This document shows, one piece after another, positions 47,701 through 56,998 of a DNA stretch of 64,000 nt. Made by a program: the position numbers and the translations under genes. Source of the DNA: Bacteroidota bacterium (GTDB lineage: Bacteria > Bacteroidota > Bacteroidia > Bacteroidales > FEN-979); the NCBI GenBank assembly GCA_026391715.1, contig JAPLDO010000233.1, positions 1,790 to 65,789 on the forward strand, read 5' to 3'. Below the pieces are notes generated by a model. That model ran no database searches. It was not told the DNA's origin and worked only from the letters and a program-made list of their open reading frames with translations. Positions within the stretch are counted from its first letter, which is position 1. Each line of letters starts with the position of its first letter.

Positions 47701-48848
47701 GCGTTTGGAATTGTAAAAATGAACATACTGCCTTCACAAGGAGAGGATTCTACCCAAATATTTCCGCCATGTTTTTCGACAAATTCTTTACATAGAATTA
47801 AACCGAGACCGGTTCCTTTCTCGTTGTTGGTGCCGGGGGTCGAATAGGTTTCGTCGAGGCGGAATAGTTTTTCAATTCTGTCTTTTGAAATGCCAACCCC
47901 TGAATCCCTCACCGTTACTGTTAGTACGTCTGGTTTTTCTACTGCCGAAATGGTTATCTCGCCGCCAGGGTTAGTGAATTTTATGGCGTTGGAAATCAGG
48001 TTCCGGAAAACGGTATTTATCATCGCCTGATCAGCGTAAACAGTGGCATTCAAAGGTAAATCCTTTTTGATGGCGATTGATTTTTGCCCGGCAATGTCAT
48101 CAAATAAAGAGGTAATTTTTTTAATAAAATCAACCATTTCGAAATGCTCAGGAATGAATTCCATCCTGCCGGTTTTGGCGCGGACCCATTCCATCAGGTT
48201 CATGAGCAGATCAACTGACTTTTGGGAGGATTTAAGGATAATTTCGGCATGTTTTTCAATTCCGTCATAATCCTTTTCCCTGACTTGTTCGACAAGAATT
48301 TCGCTAAAACCCATAATAGCGTGAAAAGGACTTTTAAGGTCGTGAGCGATGATTGAGAAGAATTTATCTTTGGTTGCGTTAAGTTTCTCAAGTTCTTTGG
48401 TCTGGCGCTTCAGCTTTTCTTTTTGTTCCAGAAGCTCCAGGCTTTGATTATGAAGTTTAAGATGGGTTTGAGCCCGCGCTATGACTTCTTCTGCCTGAAA
48501 AGGTTTATTGATATAATCAACTCCGCCTGTAGTCAAAGCTTTTACGATATTAGGCGTGTCGCCCAGCGCGCTGATAAAAATAACCGGTACATCTGCCAGA
48601 CCGGGGTTTGCTTTTAACCGGCGGCAAACTTCAAATCCATCCATTCCCGGCATCATGATATCGAGCAGGATCAGATCGGGCTTTTCTATTTCAGCCGCCT
48701 TTAATGCCAGTTCTCCGCCGGGAACAAGTCGCGTTTTATATCCTTCGGGTTTTAGTATATCATCAAGTAATCTGAGATTGTCGCCAATATCATCAACGAT
48801 AAGAATGTTGGGAATATGGCTGGCTACATGGTGTTGTTCAACTTTCAT
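47697..48848 (-). CDS. Hybrid sensor kinase (REC-HisKA-HATPase)
   Basis: REC nearly identical to that of 44024-45319; AHDLKSPF, NAIKFT, DSGVGI, GTGLGL. Confidence 0.92.
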   Translation of the reverse strand: MKVEQHHVASHIPNILIVDDIGDNLRLLDDILKPEGYKTRLVPGGELALKAAEIEKPDLILLDIMMPGMDGFEVCRRLKANPGLADVPVIFISALGDTPNIVKALTTGGVDYINKPFQAEEVIARAQTHLKLHNQSLELLEQKEKLKRQTKELEKLNATKDKFFSIIAHDLKSPFHAIMGFSEILVEQVREKDYDGIEKHAEIILKSSQKSVDLLMNLMEWVRAKTGRMEFIPEHFEMVDFIKKITSLFDDIAGQKSIAIKKDLPLNATVYADQAMINTVFRNLISNAIKFTNPGGEITISAVEKPDVLTVTVRDSGVGISKDRIEKLFRLDETYSTPGTNNEKGTGLGLILCKEFVEKHGGNIWVESSPCEGSMFIFTIPNA

Positions 48849-49212
48849 AGTTCAATATTTAGTTATGCTGACCGGGGTAAGGCATTGTCGAAAATATAAC
48901 CGCCAAAGAGTTTAGTAACACTTTGGCAATTTGGAAAAGGATTTTAATATTTTTAACCCCTGACTCAAAAATGTATATTATGTAAAAGTAGTTTATAATT
49001 CAGGAAACTGACGATAAACCTTTGAATTTTGTTAATGTAAGTGTGATTCAATGATGGTATATGGCATTGGGAATAGTATAATACTCCCCAATTATAAGAA
49101 AGAAATATTATTTGATTTGAGAAAAACATTGGTTTTACTACTCAAAGAAGATGGAATGTATTACATTTGGAAAGATCAAATTCCAACCAAAGTCGATCCA
49201 ACAATTTGAATG

Positions 49213-49370
49213 AAGAGCCTGATCCGAAAAGGAAACAATTTGGACCAAAGTCCAGTAAATATCTGGTTATCAATTGCCACTACCTTAAGGTAGTGGCAAT
49301 TCAAGTTGCTGATATACCGGGCTCGCAGCCAAATTTTTATTTTTATAACCACTTTTCGGAGTGGGCTCAA
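49213..49370 (-). mobile_element. MITE-like element, copy 4 (inverted)
   Basis: GAGCCTGATCCGAAAAG...AATTGCCACTACCTTAAGGTAGTGGCAATT...CTTTTCGGAGTGGGCTCAA; reverse complement of copies 2 and 3. Confidence 0.8.
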
Positions 49371-49406
49371 AATTGAAGTAATTTTGTAATAACTAAACAC
49401 TGTTGT

Positions 49407-50870
49407 ATGAAAAAGCTGATTCTTCTACTTAGTCTTCTTTGGTTGTTGTCACCTGATATTTTAATTGCCGGCAATACGCCGGATAACCCGGTTGCTCCTG
49501 CCGGGAAAAAGGTAACTGTTTATACTACCGCCGAGAATACGAAATTCAGGATTTCAGCCACAGAAACTCTTATTATGTCCGATTTCGGTCAGCCATTAGA
49601 AACTCAACCTTGTATTTTTGTGGATCCCGGCAAAACCTTCCAGACCTTCATTGGGATTGGCGCAGCTTTAACAGACGCTTCAGCGGAAACTTTTGCGAAA
49701 ATGCCAAAAGATAAGCAGCAGGAAATTCTGCAAAACTATTTTGATCCTCAAAAGGGAATTGGCTATACGCTTGCGCGAACCAACATTCACAGTTGCGATT
49801 TTTCCAGTGGCAGCTATACGTATGTTGATGAAAATGACGCCGATTTGAAATCATTCACCATTGCCCACGACAGGGAATTCCGGATACCATTCATCAAACA
49901 GGCGATTGCTGCGGCAGGCGGTAAACTTACTTTGTATGCAAGTCCCTGGAGCCCCCCGGCATGGATGAAGGATAATAATAATATGTTGCAGGGTGGAAAA
50001 CTGAAACCGGCTTTTTATCAAAGCTGGGCAAATTATTTTGTCAAGTTTATCAGCGCTTATCAGGCGGAGGGCGTCCCGGTTTGGGGAATCAGCGTTCAGA
50101 ATGAACCTATGGCAAAACAAAAGTGGGAATCCTGTATTTTTACTGCGGAAGATGAAAGAGATTTTATTAAGAATTTCCTCGGACCCACTCTGAAGAAAGC
50201 TGGAATGAGCGATAAAAAACTTATTGCCTGGGATCACAACCGCGACCTGATTTATCAGCGCGCCAGCACAATTCTTGATGATCCTGAAGCTGCAAAATAC
50301 GTCTGGGGCATTGGATTTCATTGGTATGAAACCTGGACAGGCGGAGGGAATATCTTCGATAATGTTAAACGTGTTGCTGAATCGTATCCCGAAAAGGCGC
50401 TGATTTTTACCGAAGGCTGCGCCGAAAGTTTCACTTTCAGTAAAATGAATGAATGGAAATGGGGAGAAATATATGGGCGAAATATGATCAATGATTTCAA
50501 CAACGGCGCGGTTGGCTGGACAGATTGGAACATAGCGCTTGATGAAACCGGCGGTCCGAATCACGTTCAGAATTTGTGCTTTGCGCCGCTTCATGCAAAT
50601 ACAAAAACCGGCGAGTTGTATTATCTAAGTTCATTTTATTATATCGGACATTTCTCGAAATTTATCCGCCCCGGCGCTAAAAGAATCATCAGCTCGGCAA
50701 GCCAGGGCCAGCTACTTACAACTGCTTTCCTCAATACCGATGGAAAAATCGCGGTTATTGTAATGAATCAAAGTGAAGATAAAATTCCATATCGTTTATG
50801 GATACATGGACAGGCTGCTGAAACAATTAGTTTACCACATTCGATACAGACTTTGGTGGTGGATTTTTGA
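49407..50870 (+). CDS. GH30 glycoside hydrolase (glucosylceramidase-like / beta-glucanase)
   Basis: GIGAALTD, HSCDFS, SPWSPPAWMK, VQNEP, WDHNRD, FTEGC, WTDWN, GHFSKFIRPGA. Confidence 0.9.
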   Translation: MKKLILLLSLLWLLSPDILIAGNTPDNPVAPAGKKVTVYTTAENTKFRISATETLIMSDFGQPLETQPCIFVDPGKTFQTFIGIGAALTDASAETFAKMPKDKQQEILQNYFDPQKGIGYTLARTNIHSCDFSSGSYTYVDENDADLKSFTIAHDREFRIPFIKQAIAAAGGKLTLYASPWSPPAWMKDNNNMLQGGKLKPAFYQSWANYFVKFISAYQAEGVPVWGISVQNEPMAKQKWESCIFTAEDERDFIKNFLGPTLKKAGMSDKKLIAWDHNRDLIYQRASTILDDPEAAKYVWGIGFHWYETWTGGGNIFDNVKRVAESYPEKALIFTEGCAESFTFSKMNEWKWGEIYGRNMINDFNNGAVGWTDWNIALDETGGPNHVQNLCFAPLHANTKTGELYYLSSFYYIGHFSKFIRPGAKRIISSASQGQLLTTAFLNTDGKIAVIVMNQSEDKIPYRLWIHGQAAETISLPHSIQTLVVDF

Positions 50871-50944
50871 CCGCAATAAAATAAATTTCCACACCAAACT
50901 ATTTTAGTACTTTTATCATTTATTTTTCACAAAAAATTCAGGTT

Positions 50945-53900
50945 ATGCAAGAAGTTGTCTCGTATAAGAGTTTTTCCAGGCTCTTCAGTGTTGTTTTATC
51001 TCTCTTTTTTCTAATGGGTTTTGGTTTGGTTTCTTTTGCTCAGGTTAGAACAATAACCGGAGTAGTCACTGCAAGCGATACCAAAGAAACGCTTCCTGGC
51101 GCCACAATTCTCATCAAAGGCGCTACCGCCGGCGCTGTAACCGATATCAATGGAATGTATTCCATTACAGTAAAATCGGACAAAGCGGCGCTGGTTTTTT
51201 CTTATGTTGGTTACAATACCAAAACGATTGAGCTGGGGAAACAAACCGTTATAGACGTGCAGCTCGAACCTAAAAAAACAACCCTCGACGAATTGGTTGT
51301 AATTGGTTATGGAACTGTGAGAAAAAGCGATCTGTCCGGTTCCGTTGGAAGCGTTAAATCGGAAGACATTACTAAAATTACATCATTCAATCCTGTCCAA
51401 AGCCTTCAGGGAAATGTTACAGGCGTGCAGGTGACAACTGTTTCCGGTGAACCTGGCGCAGGCGCCGCAGTAAGAATCAGAGGAATTGGAACTTTCGGAA
51501 ATTCCAGTCCTATATACGTGGTTGATGGCGTTATTGTGAATGATATTTCGTTTCTGAACAGCGCCGACATCACCTCAATGGAGGTTCTCAAGGACGCCTC
51601 TGCCTCGGCAATTTATGGATCGCGAGGAGCCAACGGGGTAATTATGGTGACAACTAAGATAGGCAACGCCAAAGATGAAAAAACTGTCTTCAATTTTTCA
51701 GGAGAAATCGGGATGCAGAAGTTGGGTAAAAAAATTGATTTGCTTAGCGGACGGGACTTCGCCATTGTGAGAAATGTAATCAAACCCGGCTATTACAACA
51801 ATGTTGACGCCGTTCCAAACACAGACTGGCAGGATTTGATTTTTCAAACAGCTCCGGTTTATGATTTTCAGTTGTCGGCGTCAGGCTCATCCAAAAATAT
51901 GCAATATTATATCAGCGGAGGTTATTTCAAGCAGGGAGGCATAATTGAAAAATCGAGTTATGAGCGTATCACTCTGAAAATAAACAATATTTATAATTTA
52001 TCGCGGTATGTAAAACTTGGGAATAACATAACGTTGGCGCCATACAGCCAGCAGGTTTCACCCGGAGTGACCTGGGCTGCATACAGAGCCTGGCCTACGC
52101 TTGTTCCATATTATCCCGATGGCAGTTTTGCGGCAGTTCCCGGCGTAGGTAATCCTCTGGCAGATCTGGCATACTCAAATAACTTCAATAAAGGAATAAG
52201 GGGAGTTGGAAATATTTACGGCGAGGTCAATTTTCTTAAAGCCTTTACCTTCAAAACCAGTTTTGGCATTGACGCCGGGTATAATAAATCGGAAAACTTC
52301 ACCCCTGCCTATACTGTTTATAATCCCGATGGAACAATTTCGATGCAGCAAAACCTCCTGAGCCGTCTTAGTAAAAACAATAATTATAATTTTACGTGGC
52401 TGTGGGAAAATACGCTGAATTTTAAAAAGGATTTCGGCAAACATTCAATTGACGCTATTGCTGGTTACACCATGCAAAATACAACTTCCGACGGGTTCAA
52501 CCTTTCTGGCGCCAACCTTATACGCGACGGATCAAGTTTCTGGTATATCCAACCCTCCTATATTTACGACCCAACCAATCACGTAAACAACATCAGCGAC
52601 ATTAACGAGGCGGTTGATATGAATCAGTATTATTCAATGATCTCGTTCCTGTTCCGCGTAAATTACGTTTTCAATAAAAAATACATCCTTACAGCTACTT
52701 TCAGAAGCGACGGGTCATCCAAATTTGCTCAAAATAACCGGTATGCAAACTTCCCCTCCTTTGCATTGGGTTGGAATGTTTCGCAGGAAAAATTTATGCA
52801 AAATATTTCCTGGCTTAGTAAATTGAAAGTAAGAGCAAGTTGGGGAAAACTCGGAAATGATAAAATTCCCTATTGGGACCGCTTTGCACGTGTGGAATCG
52901 AACATTCTTGCCATCTTTGGAACCAAAGGCGATCCCAACACAGGCGCTTCTTTTGGAATTAATGGCAACCCCGATTTGAAGTGGGAAGTTACAACTCAGA
53001 CCGATATCGGACTTGAATTTGGTTTATTCGACAACCGGTTTACCGCTGAATTTGATTATTACAACAAACAAACCGATGATATTCTTATTTTATTATCTGT
53101 TCCCGGATACTTTGGAAATGGCTCAGGCGCCAAGGTGAGGTTCAATGCCGCCTCAGCCGTGAACAGGGGATTTGAGTTCAACCTCGGCTGGCGCGATCAG
53201 GTTGGGAAATTCAAATATAATATCGGCGTTCTCGGAACCACCATACATAATGAAGTTCTGAAAATTGGCGGAATCAGCGGCGTTGATGATGCGCTGTACG
53301 GCAGTTATGTTAACAATGTCCCGATTACCCGCAGCATTGTTGGATTACCGATAGGGTCATTCTACGGATATCAAACCGATGGCGTCTTTCAAAACCAGGC
53401 AGAATTGGATGCTTACCCTCACGACGGATTAGCCGGAGTGGGCGATCTGAGGTTTGTTGATATAAATGGCGACGGGAAAATTGATGGCAGAGACAGAACA
53501 TTTATTGGCTCCCCAATCCCAAAATTCATTTTTGGTTTCAACTTTGGTTTTGAAATCTATGGGGTTGATTTGTCTCTCAACATTCAAGGACAAACAGGAA
53601 ATAAAATCTTCAACGCAAAGGAGGTGATCAGACCTGATCCCTATAATTTTGAAGCTCACGTTCTCAATTATTGGAGCGGGGAGGGTACAAGCTCAACCGA
53701 ACCCCGTCCATCATTTGGAGGTTACAACTACACTTCATCTGATCATTTTATCCAGGATGGTTCTTTCCTGAGAATACGAAATGTAATTCTGGGCTATTCG
53801 TTGCCTGCCGCCTTGAGCGCTAAAATATTTATGCAAAAAATAAGATTGTACATTAAAGCAGACAACCTTTATACATTTACAAAATTTACAGGTTATACCC

Positions 53901-53998
53901 CTGAAATTGGTAGCGACGATGTTTTATCGGCGGGTATTGATTATGGAGCTTACCCCATAACTGCTGTTTATTCAATAGGTATCAATTTAAACTTCTAA
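50945..53998 (+). CDS. susC: SusC/RagA TonB-dependent transporter
   Basis: VVIGYGT, LKDASASAIYGSRGANGVIMVTTK, NPDLKWE, DYGAYP...GINLNF. Confidence 0.96.
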   Translation: MQEVVSYKSFSRLFSVVLSLFFLMGFGLVSFAQVRTITGVVTASDTKETLPGATILIKGATAGAVTDINGMYSITVKSDKAALVFSYVGYNTKTIELGKQTVIDVQLEPKKTTLDELVVIGYGTVRKSDLSGSVGSVKSEDITKITSFNPVQSLQGNVTGVQVTTVSGEPGAGAAVRIRGIGTFGNSSPIYVVDGVIVNDISFLNSADITSMEVLKDASASAIYGSRGANGVIMVTTKIGNAKDEKTVFNFSGEIGMQKLGKKIDLLSGRDFAIVRNVIKPGYYNNVDAVPNTDWQDLIFQTAPVYDFQLSASGSSKNMQYYISGGYFKQGGIIEKSSYERITLKINNIYNLSRYVKLGNNITLAPYSQQVSPGVTWAAYRAWPTLVPYYPDGSFAAVPGVGNPLADLAYSNNFNKGIRGVGNIYGEVNFLKAFTFKTSFGIDAGYNKSENFTPAYTVYNPDGTISMQQNLLSRLSKNNNYNFTWLWENTLNFKKDFGKHSIDAIAGYTMQNTTSDGFNLSGANLIRDGSSFWYIQPSYIYDPTNHVNNISDINEAVDMNQYYSMISFLFRVNYVFNKKYILTATFRSDGSSKFAQNNRYANFPSFALGWNVSQEKFMQNISWLSKLKVRASWGKLGNDKIPYWDRFARVESNILAIFGTKGDPNTGASFGINGNPDLKWEVTTQTDIGLEFGLFDNRFTAEFDYYNKQTDDILILLSVPGYFGNGSGAKVRFNAASAVNRGFEFNLGWRDQVGKFKYNIGVLGTTIHNEVLKIGGISGVDDALYGSYVNNVPITRSIVGLPIGSFYGYQTDGVFQNQAELDAYPHDGLAGVGDLRFVDINGDGKIDGRDRTFIGSPIPKFIFGFNFGFEIYGVDLSLNIQGQTGNKIFNAKEVIRPDPYNFEAHVLNYWSGEGTSSTEPRPSFGGYNYTSSDHFIQDGSFLRIRNVILGYSLPAALSAKIFMQKIRLYIKADNLYTFTKFTGYTPEIGSDDVLSAGIDYGAYPITAVYSIGINLNF

Positions 53999-55506
53999 TG
54001 GATATGAGAACGCAAAAAAAATTATACATCCCCATCATTGTCATTCTTGTTGCTTTTTCCTTTGCAGGGTGCAAGAAATTTCTTGAAAAAGATCTTCAGG
54101 GAACACTTACTCAACAATTATTTCCTGTATCCGCATCCGACGCCTTGCTGGCAACAAACGCCACTTATGAAGCTTTCAGGGATTGGGCGTACAACGCAGG
54201 AGGATTCCCAATCTTTGATATCATGTCGGATGACGCCCGCAAAGGCAGCAACCCCGGCGATGCAGCCACAACGGTAGGACCTTATGATTCCTTTACACAC
54301 ACGCCTACACAGGATGGACTTGGCAGTTACTGGAACGCTTTATATGTAGGCGTGAAAAGGGCAAATGTGGTTATTGAAAAGATTCCGGCAATCGTCATGG
54401 ATGAAAAATTAAAAACAAGGTACATTGCCGAAGCAAGATTCCTCCGTGGGTTGATATACTTCGACTTTGTGCGCTCATGGGGAGGCGTTCCGCTTGTCAC
54501 CACAACACAGCCTCCATTAAAATTACCTCGTGCTTCTGAGGAAGACGTTTATGCCCTTATCATTGGGGATCTGAATTTTGCAGCGGATAACTTACCCCTG
54601 AAATCAGGTTATCAGGGCGTTGATCTCGGAAGGGCAACCAAAGGAGCCGCACAGGCGTTGCTTGCGCGCGTCTATCTCTTCAGGAATGATTTCATCAATG
54701 CCGAAAAATATGCCATGGATGTTATCAATTCAAATGAATATGGACTGGAAACCAAATTTATTGACGCCAATGGGGTGAATGGCAATAACGGGACGGAATC
54801 GGTTTTTGAGGTAGGCGCTATCCAGTCCGAAACTACTTCAGGCGGGGGAAACCAATACGCAAATACGCAGGGCGTCAGGGGAACTCCAAACCGGGGCTGG
54901 GGATTCAACCGCCCGTCAGTTGATCTGCGAAATTCTTACACACCCGGCGACCCTCGATATCAGGGAACGGTTATCAACCTCGGCGACTCGATTGATGGCG
55001 TTTTAATCCTTGGCGATGGGCAAACCCCTAAAATTACCAAAGCCTGGAACGGTCAGGACAGCGTTATTATAGAAGTTCAATGTTACAACCGGAAAGTCTG
55101 GGTTCCCGGAGATAATACCATAACCCAGTGGGGACATCATCGCAGATTGATAAGATATGCCGACGTACTCTTAATGGCGGCTGAAGCGCTCAATGAAAAT
55201 AATAAACCCACGGAAGCGTTAGTTTACCTTAATAAGGTCAGGCAGCGTGCGCGGCAGGGAAACAATACTATTTTACCGGATATCACAACTACAAACCAGC
55301 AGGAGTTGAGGGATATTATTTTTAATGAAAGGAGACTCGAACTGGCTATGGAAGGATGGAGATTCTGGGATCTGGTAAGGACAGGAAGAGCTGCGCAGGT
55401 TTTAGACTCGCTTGGGTTTGTTGCAGGAAAACATGAACTTCTGCCTATACCTCAAAGTGAAATTGATATCTCTGAAGGATCGCTTGTTCAAAACCCGAAT
55501 TGGTAA
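53998..55506 (+). CDS. susD: RagB/SusD family lipoprotein
   Basis: Lipobox FAGC; IRYADVLLMAAEA, ERRLELAMEG.RFWDLVR, QNPNW. Confidence 0.95.
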   Translation: MDMRTQKKLYIPIIVILVAFSFAGCKKFLEKDLQGTLTQQLFPVSASDALLATNATYEAFRDWAYNAGGFPIFDIMSDDARKGSNPGDAATTVGPYDSFTHTPTQDGLGSYWNALYVGVKRANVVIEKIPAIVMDEKLKTRYIAEARFLRGLIYFDFVRSWGGVPLVTTTQPPLKLPRASEEDVYALIIGDLNFAADNLPLKSGYQGVDLGRATKGAAQALLARVYLFRNDFINAEKYAMDVINSNEYGLETKFIDANGVNGNNGTESVFEVGAIQSETTSGGGNQYANTQGVRGTPNRGWGFNRPSVDLRNSYTPGDPRYQGTVINLGDSIDGVLILGDGQTPKITKAWNGQDSVIIEVQCYNRKVWVPGDNTITQWGHHRRLIRYADVLLMAAEALNENNKPTEALVYLNKVRQRARQGNNTILPDITTTNQQELRDIIFNERRLELAMEGWRFWDLVRTGRAAQVLDSLGFVAGKHELLPIPQSEIDISEGSLVQNPNW

Positions 55507-55560
55507 TTTTTTCCAAAATAACACAAATAATCAAATATTGTTTAACCCAAATGTAAAAAA

Positions 55561-56844
55561 ATGAAAAAGCAAGTTGTTTTATTTAGCTCATTGTTTATCG
55601 CAGCGGCTCTCCTGATGGGAGTGGCAAGCTGCAAAAAGAAAACTGATACAGTATCATTTACTTTATCCTCGCTCGTTGCCCAACTGGATGGAGGAAGTAT
55701 TGATTTGAACGGGGCTTCATCCGCAAATAATGTACCCTCAAAACCAACGATTGTCGCCACCTTTTCGCTTGACGTCAATGCCGCCGGAATAACATCCGAC
55801 AACATCATACTATTAAGGGATTGGGACAAGAAAAACATCCCTTTAACAGTAACCACATCCGGCAACAAGATTACCATCGTTCCAAATGAGGAATTAGGCA
55901 ACGGAGCATTATTTAAACTTACGTTCCCGGCAGTTTCCGCCTCCAGCGGAGAGTCAATTTCAAGTTTTTTCCGCACCTTTTCAACCATTGGAACATTTGT
56001 TCCAACCGGTCAGGTTGCATACTGGAATTTCGAGGATAATGCGAATGACCAGGTGGGTACTTTTAACGCTGACAGTTTAATAAATATAACCTATACTCCT
56101 TCATATAAAACCACTGCGGGAAAAGCTGCAACTTTCGACGGAACTACCAGCATTATCGAAATTCCCAATGCCGACCAATTAACAAACACGGCAGAATTTT
56201 CTTTATGTTTCTGGATGAAAACAAACTCAATCGGTCATGTTGATGCCGCAGGTAATCCCAAAGGACATTTTGTAGTTGGGCTGGGAGCATTCAATGGATT
56301 CCAGTTTGAAATACAGGGCAGCTACGCTGAATGTAAGCTTGGCGCAACTTATGATTGTGGCGCCCCCGCTACAAACAGTCATGACCTCACTTTCAATGGC
56401 GACGGACTATTTAACAATAATCCGCTGGGATGGAAAGCGTGTACTTTTTGCAAATTGTTATCGCCTACCCCGCCTGAAGGAATGGCTGCCATTATTAAAG
56501 ATAAATGGGCTTCTGTTGTTTTCGTTTTCAACGGAACAACCAAAGTAGCGTCATTGTACATAAACGGCGAAATAATGAAATCGGAAGATTTCACCCTTGC
56601 AGATCCAACATTAAATCTTGCTACCGGGCTAAAATGGAATGGAATGCCACCTGATGTTTATCCCAGACTCGCTTTCGGATTCATTCAATCAAGGCAGGGT
56701 AAACTGTGGGCTACGCAACCCTGGGGTGGATATTCGATTCCAACATCGAACCATTTCGGCGGACAATTGGATGACATAAGAATTTTCCATCGCGCCTTAA
56801 CCGCAACCGAAATAGATTTGATGTACTCATCTGAAAAACCATAA
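55561..56844 (+). CDS. Lipoprotein with Ig-like and LamG/ConA-like domains (probable surface glycan-binding protein)
   Basis: Lipobox VASC; Big_5-like N-terminal region; AYWNFEDNAND...FSLCFWMK...LYINGE...FGGQLDDIRIFHRALT. Confidence 0.8.
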   Translation: MKKQVVLFSSLFIAAALLMGVASCKKKTDTVSFTLSSLVAQLDGGSIDLNGASSANNVPSKPTIVATFSLDVNAAGITSDNIILLRDWDKKNIPLTVTTSGNKITIVPNEELGNGALFKLTFPAVSASSGESISSFFRTFSTIGTFVPTGQVAYWNFEDNANDQVGTFNADSLINITYTPSYKTTAGKAATFDGTTSIIEIPNADQLTNTAEFSLCFWMKTNSIGHVDAAGNPKGHFVVGLGAFNGFQFEIQGSYAECKLGATYDCGAPATNSHDLTFNGDGLFNNNPLGWKACTFCKLLSPTPPEGMAAIIKDKWASVVFVFNGTTKVASLYINGEIMKSEDFTLADPTLNLATGLKWNGMPPDVYPRLAFGFIQSRQGKLWATQPWGGYSIPTSNHFGGQLDDIRIFHRALTATEIDLMYSSEKP

Positions 56845-56857
56845 TTCTTTACAAATT

Positions 56858-56911
56858 GATATACAGAGAGGGTTTCGGAGCTTCTTAACCCTCTCTGAAT
56901 ATCTGTTTTTT
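56858..56911 (+). terminator. Intrinsic terminator
   Basis: GATATACAGAGAGGGTT-loop-AACCCTCTCTGAATATC followed by TGTTTTTT. Confidence 0.72.
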
Positions 56912-56998
56912 GCTGTTTGATAAATATTTCAGTCCTTGTCTAAAATAAATAATTACCTTTGAGAATCTAATAATTGTACTAACTAAAAAATTAAAATT

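Noticed and set aside
48902-48927. Second NrtR operator (GCCAAAGAGT-ttagta-ACACTTTGGC)
   Set aside because: Spacing is N6 rather than N7 and one half-site mismatches. It is a real palindrome upstream of the kinase operon but cannot be assigned.
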